Assembly (NCBI GenBank): GCA_002269645.1
Contig: NIVC01000714.1
Span: 186,001 to 250,000, forward strand
Length of the DNA: 64,000 nt
Direction: 5' to 3'
Source: Macrostomum lignano
Lineage: Eukaryota
Both the position numbers and the translations under genes were made by a program. Below are positions 24,984-36,566 of this stretch, piece by piece (position 1 is the stretch's first letter; every line of letters starts with the position of its first letter). The notes below the pieces were generated by a model. That model had not been told where the DNA came from, searched no databases, and was given only the letters and a program-made list of their open reading frames with translations.

Positions 24984-27900
24984 ATGCTGTCAATGCATCG
25001 TTTTGCCTCCCTGGCATCCAATGGCATGCGTTTATCCCGCTGCCAACAGTTCCGCCAGCTCTCGTCAGCTCCCGATGCACATGCTGAGCCACCATTCTTT
25101 GAAATGGTTGAGAAATTCTTCGACAAAGCTGCCACCCTGCTGGAGCCGAAGCTCATCGATGAGCTGCCTGGCAAACTGCCTATGGAGGAGAGGACCAAAA
25201 AGGTTCGTGTTTTTTATTCCTATATTTACTACTCTTATTGAGACTTGATCGATTTGGAAGATTTAATTTGCACACTGATTCGATTTTTTCTTCCATTAAT
25301 CGTGTTTGCAATTTTTTATTTTGGGCCTACTAAATGCTTTTTTGATACTGTAGGAATGAGGTGTAGATTCCAAAGATGGGATTCTACATACCAAAGTTGG
25401 CATTTTCTTCCTAAAGATGGGATTTTGATCCCTTAGCTAGAAGTCTGATTGCGAAGATGGGATTTTGATTACAAAGAAGGGATTTGGATCTCAAAGATGG
25501 GAATTGGTCACAAAGATGGGATTTAGGTCCCAAAGATGGGATTTGGATCCCAAAGATGGGATTTAGGTCCCAAAGATGGGATTTAGATCCCCAATATGGG
25601 ATTTGGATCCCAAAGGTAGGATTTTAATCCCAAAGATGGGATTTGGATCCCCAAGAGGGGATTTAGATCCTTAGAATCAGATTTTGGTCTAAAATGGGAT
25701 TTCTATATCAAATATAAAATTTCAAATATGAAAATTTGATATTGCAAACAAGGTTTCGGCTCTGCAAATAATATTTAAAAAATACACCTACAGATGAGGT
25801 TTCAACCCAAACCCCATTAACTTCAGGTGCGTGGCATCCTAAGCATCGTGAAGCCGTGCAACCACGTCCTCGAGGTCACCTTCCCTATTCGTCGGGACGA
25901 CGGTCGCTTTGAAATCATTCGCGGCTGGCGGGCGCAGCACTCGCTGCACCGAACTCCGTGCAAAGGCGGCATTCGCTACGCCCCGGATGTCAACAAGAAC
26001 GAAGTCATGGCCCTGTCGGCCCTCATGACCTACAAGTGCGCCGTGGTGGACGTGCCCTTCGGGGGCGCCAAGGCCGGCTTGGCTGTCAATCCCAAGGAGT
26101 ACTCGGAGAACGAGCTGGAGAAGATCACTCGGCGATTCACCGTTGAGCTGGCTAAGAAGGGCTTTATTGGGCCGGGCGTTGACGTGCCCGCGCCGGACAT
26201 GGGCACCGGCGAGCGGGAAATGAGCTGGATTGCCGACACCTACGCTAATACTCACGGTGCGGCCTTGTGGGATTCTGGATTGGGGATGTGGGATTCTGGA
26301 TTGAGGATGTGGGATTCTGGATTGGGGATGTGGGATTCTGGATTATGGATGTGGGATTCTAGATTTGAGATGTGGGATTCTGAGTTGGGGATGTGGGATT
26401 CTGGATTGGGGATGTGGGATTCTGGATTGGGGATGTGGGATTCTGGATTATGGATGTGGGATTCTAGATTTGAGATGTGGGATTCTGAGTTGGGGATGTG
26501 GGATTCTGGATTGGGGATGTGGGATTCTGGATTGGGGATGTGGGATTCTGGATTGGGGATGTGGGATTCTGGATTGGGGATGTGGGATTCTGGATTATGG
26601 ATGTGGGATTCTAGATTTGAGATGTGGGATTCTGAGTTGGGGATGTGGGATTCTGGATTGGGGATGTGGGATTCTGGATTGGGGATGTGGGATTCTGGAT
26701 TGGGGATGTGGGATTCTGGATTATGGATGTGGGATTCTAGATTTGAGATGTGGGATTCTGAGTTGGGGATGTGGGATTCTGGATTGGGGATGTGGGATTC
26801 TGGATTGGGGATGTGGGATTCTGGATTATGGATGTGGGATTCTAGATTTGAGATGTGGGATTCTGAGTTGGGGATGTGGGATTCTGGATTGGGGATGTGG
26901 ATTCTGGATTGGGGATGTGGGATTCTAGATTTGGGATGTGGGATTCTGGATTGGGGATGTGGGATTCTGGATTGGGGATGTGGGATTCTAGATTTGGGAT
27001 GTGGAATTCTGGATTGGAGATGTGGGATTCTGGATTGGGGATGTGGGATTCTGGATTGGGGATGTGGGATTCTGGATTAGGGATGTGGGATTCTAGATTT
27101 GGGATGTGGAATTCTGGATTAGAGATGTGGGATTCTGGATTGGGGATGTGGGATTCTGGATTGGGGATGTGGGATTCTGAGTTGGGGATGTGGGATTCTG
27201 GATTGGGGATGTGGGATTCTGGATTGGGGATGTGGGATTCTGGATTATGGATGTGGGATTCTAGATTTGAGATGTGGGATTCTGAGTTGGGGATGTGGGA
27301 TTCTGGATTATGGATGTGGGATTCTAGATTTGAGATGTGGGATTCTGAGTTGGGGATGTGGGATTCTGGATTGGGGATGTGGGATTCTGGATTGGGGATG
27401 TGGGATTCTGGATTATGGATGTGGGATTCTAGATTTGAGATGTGGGATTCTGAGTTGGGGATGTGGGATTCTGGATTGGGGATGTGGGATTCTGGATTGG
27501 GGATGTGGGATTCTGGATTGGGGATGTGGGATTCTGGATTATGGATGTGGGATTCTAGATTTGAGATGTGGGATTCTGAGTTGGGGATGTGGGATTCTGG
27601 ATTGGGGATGTGGGATTCTGGATTGGGGATGTGGGATTCTGGATTGGGGATGTGGGATTCTGGATTTTGGATGTGGGATTCTAGATTTGAGATGTGGGAT
27701 TCTGAGTTGGGGATGTGGGATTCTGGATTGGGGATGTGGGATTCTGGATTGGGGATGTGGGATTCTAGATTTGGGATGTGGGATTCTGGATTGGGGATGT
27801 GGGATTCTGGATTGGGGATGTGGGATTCTAGATTTGGGATGTGGAATTCTAGATTGGAGATGTGGGATTCTGGATTGGGGATGTGGGATTCTGGATTGGG

Positions 27901-30900
27901 GATGTGGGATTCTGGATTAGGGATGTGGGATTCTAGATTTGGGATGTGGAATTCTGGATTAGAGATGTGGGATTCTGGATTGGGGATGTGGGATTCTGGA
28001 TTGGGGATGTGGGATTCTGGATTATGGATGTGGGATTCTAGATTTGAGATGTGGGATTCTGAGTTGGGGATGTGGGATTCTGGATTGGGGATGTGGGATT
28101 CTGGATTGGGGATGTGGGATTCTGGATTATGGATGTGGGATTCTAGATTTGAGATGTGGGATTCTGAGTTGGGGATGTGGGATTCTGGATTGGGGATGTG
28201 GGATTCTGGATTGGGGATGTGGGATTCTGGATTGGGGATGTGGGATTCTGGATTATGGATGTGGGATTCTAGATTTGAGATGTGGGATTCTGAGTTGGGG
28301 ATGTGGGATTCTGGATTGGGGATGTGGGATTCTGGATTGGGGATGTGGGATTCTGGATTGGGGATGTGGGATTCTGGATTATGGATGTGGGATTCTAGAT
28401 TTGAGATGTGGGATTCTGAGTTGGGGATGTGGGATTCTGGATTGGGGATGTGGGATTCTGGATTGGGGATGTGGGATTCTAGATTTGGGATGTGGGATTC
28501 TGGATTGGGGATGTGGGATTCTGGATTGGGGATGTGGGATTCTAGATTTGGGATGTGGAATTCTGGATTGGAGATGTGGGATTCTGGATTGGGGATGTGG
28601 GATTCTGGATTGGGGATGTGGGATTCTGGATTAGGGATGTGGGATTCTAGATTTGGGATGTGGAATTCTGGATTAGAGATGTGGGATTCTGGATTGGGGA
28701 TGTGGGATTCTGGATTGGGGATGTGGGATTCTGGATTGGGGATGTGGGATTCTAGATTTGAGATGTGGGATTCTAAATTGGGGATGTGGGATTCTAGATT
28801 GGGGATGTGGGATTCTGGATTGGGGATGTGGGATTCTGGATTGGGGATGTGGGATTCTGGATTGGGGATGTGGGATTCTGGATTATGGATGTGGGATTCT
28901 AGATTTGAGATGTGGGATTCTGAGTTGGGGATGTGGGATTCTGGATTGGGGATGTGGGATTCTGGATTGGGGATGTGGAATTCTGGATTGGAGATGTGGG
29001 ATTCTGGATTGGGGATGTGGGATTCTGGATTGGAGATGTGGGATTCTGGATTGGGGATGTGGGATTCTGGATTGGAGATGTGGGATTCTGGATTGGGGAT
29101 GTGGGATTCTAGATTTGAGATGTGGGATTCTGGTTTAGGATGTGTGATTCTGGTTTAGAATGTGGGATTCTGGATTAGGTTAAGATGGAGTTCTAAATGT
29201 CTATATTTTTGTCTTTCGAGTCGCATTCTCCATCCTAAATGTATTCAAAATTCCGATCGATTCTGCAGGCTTCAAAGACCTGGACGCGTACGCCTGCGTC
29301 ACTGGCAAGCCGATCGCCATGGGCGGCATTCACGGCCGCACCTCGGCCACTGGCCGGGTGAGTTTTCCTAGAAAACACTGTTTATTCCTTATTTTACTGG
29401 AGTGTTTAACACCCTTTATTAACAATGATAGCAAACGTAGCAGTCCATGAATTATTCCCACACCCAAGGTGGATTATCCTACATTCCTTATTATCCCATG
29501 TAGCTAATAATCCCACACCTTTTCATAATTCCTTAATACCAAAACACGTGGCCATCGCCAAACTGAAACGGCATTTCCCTCACCAGGGCGTGTTTCACGG
29601 CATCGAGAACTTCATCAACGAGGCCAGCTACATGAGCCAGGTGGGCCTCACGCCCGGCTTTGGCGACAAAACCTTCATTATCCAGGGCTTCGGCAACGTG
29701 GGCCTGCACTCCATGCGCTACCTGCACAGGGCCGGCGCCAAGTGCGTGGGCGTCATCGAGTTCGACGGAGCCATCCACAATCCTGACGGCATTGACCCCA
29801 AGGAGCTGGAGAACTACAAGATTGTGAGGCTGACTGACTGACTGACAGACACATAAACACACAGACACAGACACATATACATAGACATAATCACAGACAC
29901 ATATACATAGACATAATCACAGACACATAGACATAGACATAATCACAGACACATAGACATAGTCACAGACACATGGACATAGTCACAGACACATGGACAT
30001 AGTCACAGACACATGGACATAGTCATAGACACATGGACATAGTCACAGACACATGGACATAGTCACAGACACATGGACATAGTCACAGACACATGGACAT
30101 AGTCACAGACACATGGACATAGTCACAGACACATGGACATAGTCACAGACACATGGACATAGTCACAGACACATGGACATAGTCACAGACACATGGACAT
30201 AGTCACAGACACATGGACATAGTCACAGACACATGGACATAGTCACAGACACATGGACATAGTCACAGACACATGGACATAGTCACAGACACATGGACAT
30301 AGTCACAGACACATGGACATAGTCACAGACACATGGACATAGTCACAGACACATGGACATAGTCACAGACACATGGACATAGTCACAGACACATGGACAT
30401 AGTCACAGACACATGGACATAGTCACAGACACATGGACATAGTCACAGACACATGGACATAGTCACAGACACAGACACAGAAACACACAGACTCACCCAG
30501 TCCCCCGCCGGCCCGCAGGAGCATGGCACCATCGTGGGTTTCCCTGGAGCCAAAGCCTACGAACCCAAGGACGACCTGATGTTCGAGAAGTGCGACATCC
30601 TGGTGCCGGCCGCGTCAGAGAAGGCCATCAATCTGGGCAACGCGCACCGCATCCAAGCTCGCATCATCGCGGAGGGCGCCAACGGGCCAACCACGGGAGC
30701 GGCCGAGCAGATCCTGCGCGACAACAGCGTGCTGGTGATTCCCGACCTCTACCTGAACGCTGGCGGTGTCACCGTGTCCTACTTCGAATGGCTGAAGAAT
30801 CTCAACCACGTTAGCTACGGCCGGTTGACCTTCAAATACGAGCGCGACTCGAACTACCAGCTGCTGGAGAGCGTGCAGCAGTCGCTAGAGCGCAAGTTCG

Positions 30901-31142
30901 GCCGTCACGGCGGCAAGATCCCCGTGACGCCCACTAGCGACTACGAGGCCAGGATGGCCGGCGCCAATGAAAAGGACATTGTGCACTCTGGCCTAGCGTT
31001 CACTATGGAGAGATCGGCTACTAACATGATGCGCATTGGTATGAAGTACAATCTGGGGCTGGACCTGCGCACCGCAGCTTTTATCGGAGCCATTGAGAAG
31101 ATTTATCAGGTGTACCGCACCTCCGGCTTGCTGTTTATCTAA
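24984..31142 (+). CDS. GLUD1: Mitochondrial glutamate dehydrogenase (5 exons, 532 aa)
   Basis: Exons 24984-25202, 25827-26256, 29269-29357, 29587-29823, 30519-31142. GT-AG, phases match, 1599 nt. Motifs [71 protein letters not shown], preceded by an Arg/Ser-rich transit peptide. Confidence 0.97.
25370..25680. repeat. Degenerate 20-bp minisatellite in GDH intron 1 (GATGGGATTTGGATCCCAAA)
   Basis: About 14 imperfect copies visible. Confidence 0.85.
26266..29175. repeat. 21-bp satellite (GATGTGGGATTCTGGATTGGG)n filling GDH intron 2
   Basis: About 2.9 kb. It produces the (MWDSGLG)n and (CGILDWG)n spurious ORFs. Confidence 0.99.
29865..30475. repeat. 20-bp minisatellite (AGACACATGGACATAGTCAC)n in GDH intron 4
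   Basis: Highly homogeneous array. Confidence 0.98.
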
Positions 31143-31389
31143 AACTTGGCTAAATTTCAGTGTTTTTATTCATCCAAATTGCCTTTAGGATGCGTGTCAT
31201 TTTCAATTTATTTATTAGGTCCCTTTTGATTTCAGTAAACTCTGTGTGTTTGCTTCCTCTGCTTCTGTTGCAGATTATAGTAGTTTGTTGAAGGTCAAAC
31301 TGTGCACACAGTTCTATCTTTAAACTTTTTAAATCCAGCCGTAGAAATTCTTTTAATAATTGTCATATAGAGTATTCTTAGAGTCGCAA

Positions 31390-32150
31390 ATAAACCATTC
31401 TTAGAATTGCCACTAAACCGTTTCTAGGAACCGCTTCTAAACCATTTCTAAAAATTTCCACTTAAACCATTTCTTAGAAACCCCACTAAATCGTTTCTAA
31501 GAATCGCCACTAAATCGTTTCTTAGAATCGCCACTCAACCATTTCTAAGAATCGCCACTGAATCGTTTCTTAGAATCGCCACTAAATCGTTTCTTAGAAT
31601 CGCCACCTAATCGTTTCTTAGAATCGCCACTTAATCGTTTCTTAGAATCGCCACTTAATCGTTTCTTAGAATCGTCACTTAATCGTTTCTTAGAATCGCC
31701 ACTTAATCGTTTCTTAGAATCGCCACTTAATCGTTTCTTAGAATCGCCACTTAATCGTTTCTTAGAATCGTCACTAAACCATTTCTAAGAATCACCACTA
31801 AATCGTTTCTTAGAATCGCCACTAAACATTTTTTAGAATCGCCACTAAATCGTTTCTTAGAATCGTCACCTAAACGTTTCTTAGAATCGCCACTAAAAAT
31901 TTTTTTAGAATCGCCACTAAATCGTTTCTTAGAATCGTCACTCATTCGTTTCTTAGAATCGTCACTCAATCGTTTCTTAGAATCGCCACCTAATCGTTTC
32001 GTAGAATCGCCACCCAATCGTTTCTTAGAATCGTCACTCAATCGTTTCTTAGAATCGTCACTCAATCGTTTCTTAGAATCGTCACTAAATCGTTTCTTAG
32101 AACCGCTTCTACACAATTCTAAAAATCGTCACTAAACCATTTCTAAGAAC
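31390..32150. repeat. 24-bp minisatellite (AATCGTTTCTTAGAATCGCCACT[A/T])n
   Basis: Directly visible downstream of the GDH stop. Confidence 0.96.
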
Positions 32151-32952
32151 TTTCACTGGTTTAAAACGTCAGAGAATTGTCTTCCAGTTCAGATTTTAAG
32201 CCACATAAACTGTTCACCATAGTTTCAGTACAATAGCATTGTATAATTATAGAATTAAAATAAATTAATAACTTGTAGTGATTGCCGATTAACCAACAGT
32301 TGTTTTCAAACCTAATTAAAGTTATGCTTTGTTTTATACACCTTTTGGAAGTTATTGCCTTAGTTTGCTACGTAATGCCGAGTCTGATTCTGATTTTTTT
32401 CAAATTAAGCTTATAAGTAGTTAGGCAGATGTCTTCTATTCGCTTATTTACCTTGGTTAATTATGCGTAAATGTTTTTACAAGTTTCTAGCATTGATTTT
32501 TATATTCTAGAAGCAAAATCACTCAATTTTTCTGTAATGGGTAAAATTGATATTAAAATAATGCATATTCTAAACACACAAGAATCTTTGTGACGCACTT
32601 AAACAATTGAAAACTGTTTAGAATATGTATTTATCATTTTATTTAATGCGCTTCTTTGCGATTGGAATTTATTCATATTGTAGCTTGCATCCAACAGCAA
32701 AGTGTGTGATGATTTTATTGTACTAGCGAGATCGGCCGCTCGTCTTTGTCCTTCTTCTGCTTTTCATTGGCTAAATTTATCATTATAGCTGAACGTCTTT
32801 TTTTCAAACAAAATCAAGAACTAACGATCTTATATTTCTGTTCTAATCATTGTGTCTTCTGCTTTTTTATCAGAAAAATTTGGCCAGAATTGCTTGAAAA
32901 GTGGGAAATGATATTCGATAATAAATCAAAAGCGTTGTCGTACAACTTTCAG

Positions 32953-33438
32953 CAGCAGGCGTCGAATCGTTCTCTGTTGCTATGGCGACGCCTCACTAGC
33001 GTTGCCGCGCCGCGCCTGCCATTCAGCGTGGATTCTAGGGCCGGGCAGCAGCCGCCGCCGCCTCGTCGCACCCGCGTCCTGTACGACGGCGGCTGCCCGC
33101 TGTGCAGCCGCGAGGTGGCGCTGGTGCGCAAAGCCAACGGCCTGCGTAGCGGCGAATTGACATTCGAATTCTGCGACATCACCAAGCCGGAGCAGTTCGA
33201 CCCGGTCTCCGCAGAGCACGGTATCTCGCGTGAGCAGGCCATGTCGCAGCTGCACGTCATCGGGCAGGACGGCCGGATCTACCGCGGCGTCGAGGCGTTT
33301 CGCAGGATGTACTCGGACGCCGGCTGGGACGGCCTGGTTGAGATGACGAAGATTCCCTCTGTTAACCGGCTTCTGACCAGCAGCTACGCTTGGTTTGCTA
33401 AGCACAGGACTAAACTGCAGAGTCTGGGCCAGGATTAG
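32953..33438 (+). CDS. DCC1-like thiol-disulfide oxidoreductase (DUF393); start codon uncertain
   Basis: VLYDGGCPLCSREV (DxxCxxC), MSQLHVI...G.IYRGVEAFRRMY, and Y.WFAKHR. The GC-rich coding block starts at a TTTCAG acceptor (32947-32952). An alternative in-frame genomic ATG lies at 32908. Confidence 0.88.
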   Translation, partial: QQASNRSLLLWRRLTSVAAPRLPFSVDSRAGQQPPPPRRTRVLYDGGCPLCSREVALVRKANGLRSGELTFEFCDITKPEQFDPVSAEHGISREQAMSQLHVIGQDGRIYRGVEAFRRMYSDAGWDGLVEMTKIPSVNRLLTSSYAWFAKHRTKLQSLGQD

Positions 33439-33949
33439 GCCTGATAATTCATATTGGGTGCAAATTATTTTATTTGGCCTGCATGTACACTGCTTGAACT
33501 TTGTGGTGCACATTTGCCTGGCTAGCCAAGGTACATCAATTAAAGTACATTAGTCTGGCTAGCCAATGTACATCAGTTAAAGTACATTAGTCTAGCTAGC
33601 CAGTGTACATCAATTAGTGTACATGCGCATTCGTGAGTATTTGATTTTCACAAATGGAACTGACGCTTTAATGTGCACCGACTGTTAGCGAGTAAAGCGT
33701 TGCTATTTTGTCTTCTTCAATTTTACCAATAGTTCTGAATGTCAAATATGATTTATTACTATGGTTTAGTGTGTCTTCAGTTTCTAGAGAGTAATTGCGT
33801 CCTTGCCCTCGTTGTTTTCGGTTTATACTTGGAGTAGTTGAGCAGTGAGTACAATGTTTAATTTTTTATATCAATATAAACCGAAATTACGAAAAATTTG
33901 AAACGTAGCAGATCGTCTGAACATTTTTGGTTGGATTTTATTTTTATAT

Positions 33950-34390
33950 ACTGTCGCTATGGTGTTGCTGTGCTGTTGCTATGGTGTTTCTATGATTTTG
34001 CTTTGGTGTTACTGTGCTGTTGCTATGGTGTCGCTGCGCTGTTGCTATGCTGTTACCATGGTTTAGCTGTGCTGTTAATATGGTGTCGCTATGTTGTTGC
34101 TATGGTGTTTCTATGCTGTTGCTAAGATGTTTCTATGCTGTTGCTATTCTGTTTCTATGCTTGCTGTTTCTATGGTGTCGCTATATTGTTGCTATGGTGT
34201 TTCTATGCTGTTGCTATGGTGTTGCTATGGTGTTGCTGTGCTGTTGCTATTCTGTTTCTATGCTGCTGCTATGGTGTCGCTATGTTGTTGCTATGGTGTT
34301 TCTGTGCTGTTGGTATTCTGTTTCTATGCTGTTGCTATGGTGTTTCTATGCTGTTGCTATGGTGTTTATGTGCCGTTGCTATGGTGATTT
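33950..34390. repeat. Minisatellite of 11/22 bp (TGTTGCTATGGTGTTTCTATGC)
   Basis: Explains the Cys/Leu-rich spurious ORFs between DCC1-like and NDUFB7. Confidence 0.93.
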
Positions 34391-34466
34391 CAACGCCGTT
34401 TCAATGCTCTGGTGTGGTCTTATAGAACTTTAAGGAGGTTCCCAACCTACTGTAATTGCAGCCACA

Positions 34467-34859
34467 ATGGGCCAGGCTCTGGTGCCGGACCGGCTGAAGC
34501 ACATGCACGACATGTACCTGAACCCGGATGCGGCCCCGGATTTAATCAAAGGCTCGCGCTTCGACCCGCTGCTGGGCTTCCCGAACGGTCGCAAGGAGCG
34601 GCCGATGCCGCCAATCACGGAGGACGAGATGATCATGGCCGGCCTGCCCGAGCAACAGCGCGACTACTGCGCCCACTGGTACCTGGCCTTCTTCAAATGC
34701 CGCTACCAGTACAAGGCGCGCTCCTTCTGGAAGTGCGCCGACGTGCTGCACGGCGTTGAACAGTGCCAGTACGACGATCGGGTGCTGCGGATGAAGGAGC
34801 ACGAGCGGGAGCGGCGCCTGATGCTGCGCCAGGCCAAGGGTCAGCTTGAACTGGAGTGA
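34467..34859 (+). CDS. NDUFB7: NADH dehydrogenase (ubiquinone) 1 beta subcomplex subunit 7 (B18), intronless, 130 aa
   Basis: MG start (myristoylation-type), FDPLLGFPNGRKERPM, RDYCAH, twin CX9C (CAHWYLAFFKC, CADVLHGVEQC), YDDRVLRMKEHERERRL. Confidence 0.95.
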   Translation: MGQALVPDRLKHMHDMYLNPDAAPDLIKGSRFDPLLGFPNGRKERPMPPITEDEMIMAGLPEQQRDYCAHWYLAFFKCRYQYKARSFWKCADVLHGVEQCQYDDRVLRMKEHERERRLMLRQAKGQLELE

Positions 34860-36566
34860 ATCCGCGAATGCAACTATAAATAATATCACTTCAACACTTG
34901 ATACTACTCACTTGTCGTTCGAGCATCAGTAGTGCATAGTCTGTGTGTCTAAGCTGGAAAAATACCCCCCCCCTTGTAATCCCCTGTGAGTGAGAAACGT
35001 GAGACACTTAGAAATTTAAATAAATATTTCATATAGTTAGTCTAACACTGTCTTAGCCGTTTTATCGTAATGCAAACGACTCGTATTCTTGCGAATTCGT
35101 TTATTTGTATTTCTATATCTAACAGATTATCACTAGTATCTAACATCTTACAGTAGCGTCCGTATCGAACACACGAGACTCAGAAGGGTAAAGGGTAAAA
35201 AACAAAAAGTTCGGCTAATGCCACTTGTGAGCATTTTGCAACTCGGGGCTTATGAAATAAAAAGAAAATAATATGAAGATGAAACTTCCATACACAACTA
35301 TATTAAAATATAATAGAGTAACATGTTGTGCGTGCTAGATAAAAAGAATGGTTATCTTAGCTGCCTTAGATCAAATGCAATCTTTGATTTTGTGATGAAA
35401 AAATTATTTTTTCCTATATCCGCAGTGTATTTTTTCCAGGAAATCGTCCTAAAAATTTACACGATCTTTGAGTTTTACGTCCTGCTAGTCTAGAAGTCCT
35501 TGATCAAAAGATTGTCCATCACATGACCTTGAGCTTCGTTTATGTCGAAACAAATTTAGAGAATAACGCAAGCACAAAAAATTGAGAATATCAAATTGCA
35601 ATTGGTTCTGCTTTTAAACCGTTATATTCTTCTGCAATTGAGAACTGGGCATGCAAAGACGGAAACAGTTGAAACTGTGGACTATAAATTGTGTACGGTC
35701 GTGTTAAATTACAACAGAGATTACTTGTCTCCAGAGAATTCAAGCTATACTCAAAATCGTCAAAGCTTGAAAATTTTATCGGCGACTGAATGTACATGTA
35801 GGTGATGCATCGCTGAAAATACTACTGCTTATACTGACTGTCGGGATAGATTTTATTGTGAGCGATCAACGTTTTAAACAGTTTGGTTGACTGCACTCAA
35901 TCCTGATTCAGTTTGCATTCAAGACTTAAGCTAGTATTAATAAATCAATGATTATCTAAAAAATATCGCCGACGAAATCGACTTATTGAACTTTTTTAGA
36001 ATAAATTAGCCTGGAAGTCTTCAACATGAAAAACTCTTAATTGACGCTTGCAGCACCAGAATGAAAGTAGTATAATCAGGTAATCTAGCGTTTTTTTTAG
36101 AAATTCTACTACCCGTTAGATTATTAGTAATGAGTGCTAAAATTGATTACTTCGCAGGCAAATCAAATATGTTGTACTTTACGTAGCCCTATGCAGTCAG
36201 GACTTTTACATTTCACAGTTTGTGGAATTAGGACTTTAGCATTCTTAATTAATCTAGATCATGGGTAGGAACTTTTCCTTGAAAGTCTATCCCAATGCCC
36301 CCTATGAAGGTGACGTAGCCTTGAAGGGCTAAATTGGGTGGAATCTCGACGTGGCTCTGCTAGTGCAATTAACGCATTTGAGGATTGTCTCCTGTGTGAC
36401 TGTGTGCCTGTGCGCATGACTGCTCAGGGAAGTCGGCTGAATGGGTAGTAATGCGTCTCTCGCCGGTTGTGTGACAATGTCGCTTAAAGTGCACCCTAGC
36501 CCTACCTCTAGTTCAAAACTTTTAACCAGTATCTCACTAGCCCGCGAGTACTCATGGCTACTCAGA

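Noticed and set aside
26876-29158. 760-aa (MWDSGLG)n ORF and overlapping (CGILDWG)n ORFs
   Set aside because: Translation of a 21-bp intronic satellite. GDH splices cleanly around it (26256 to 29269).
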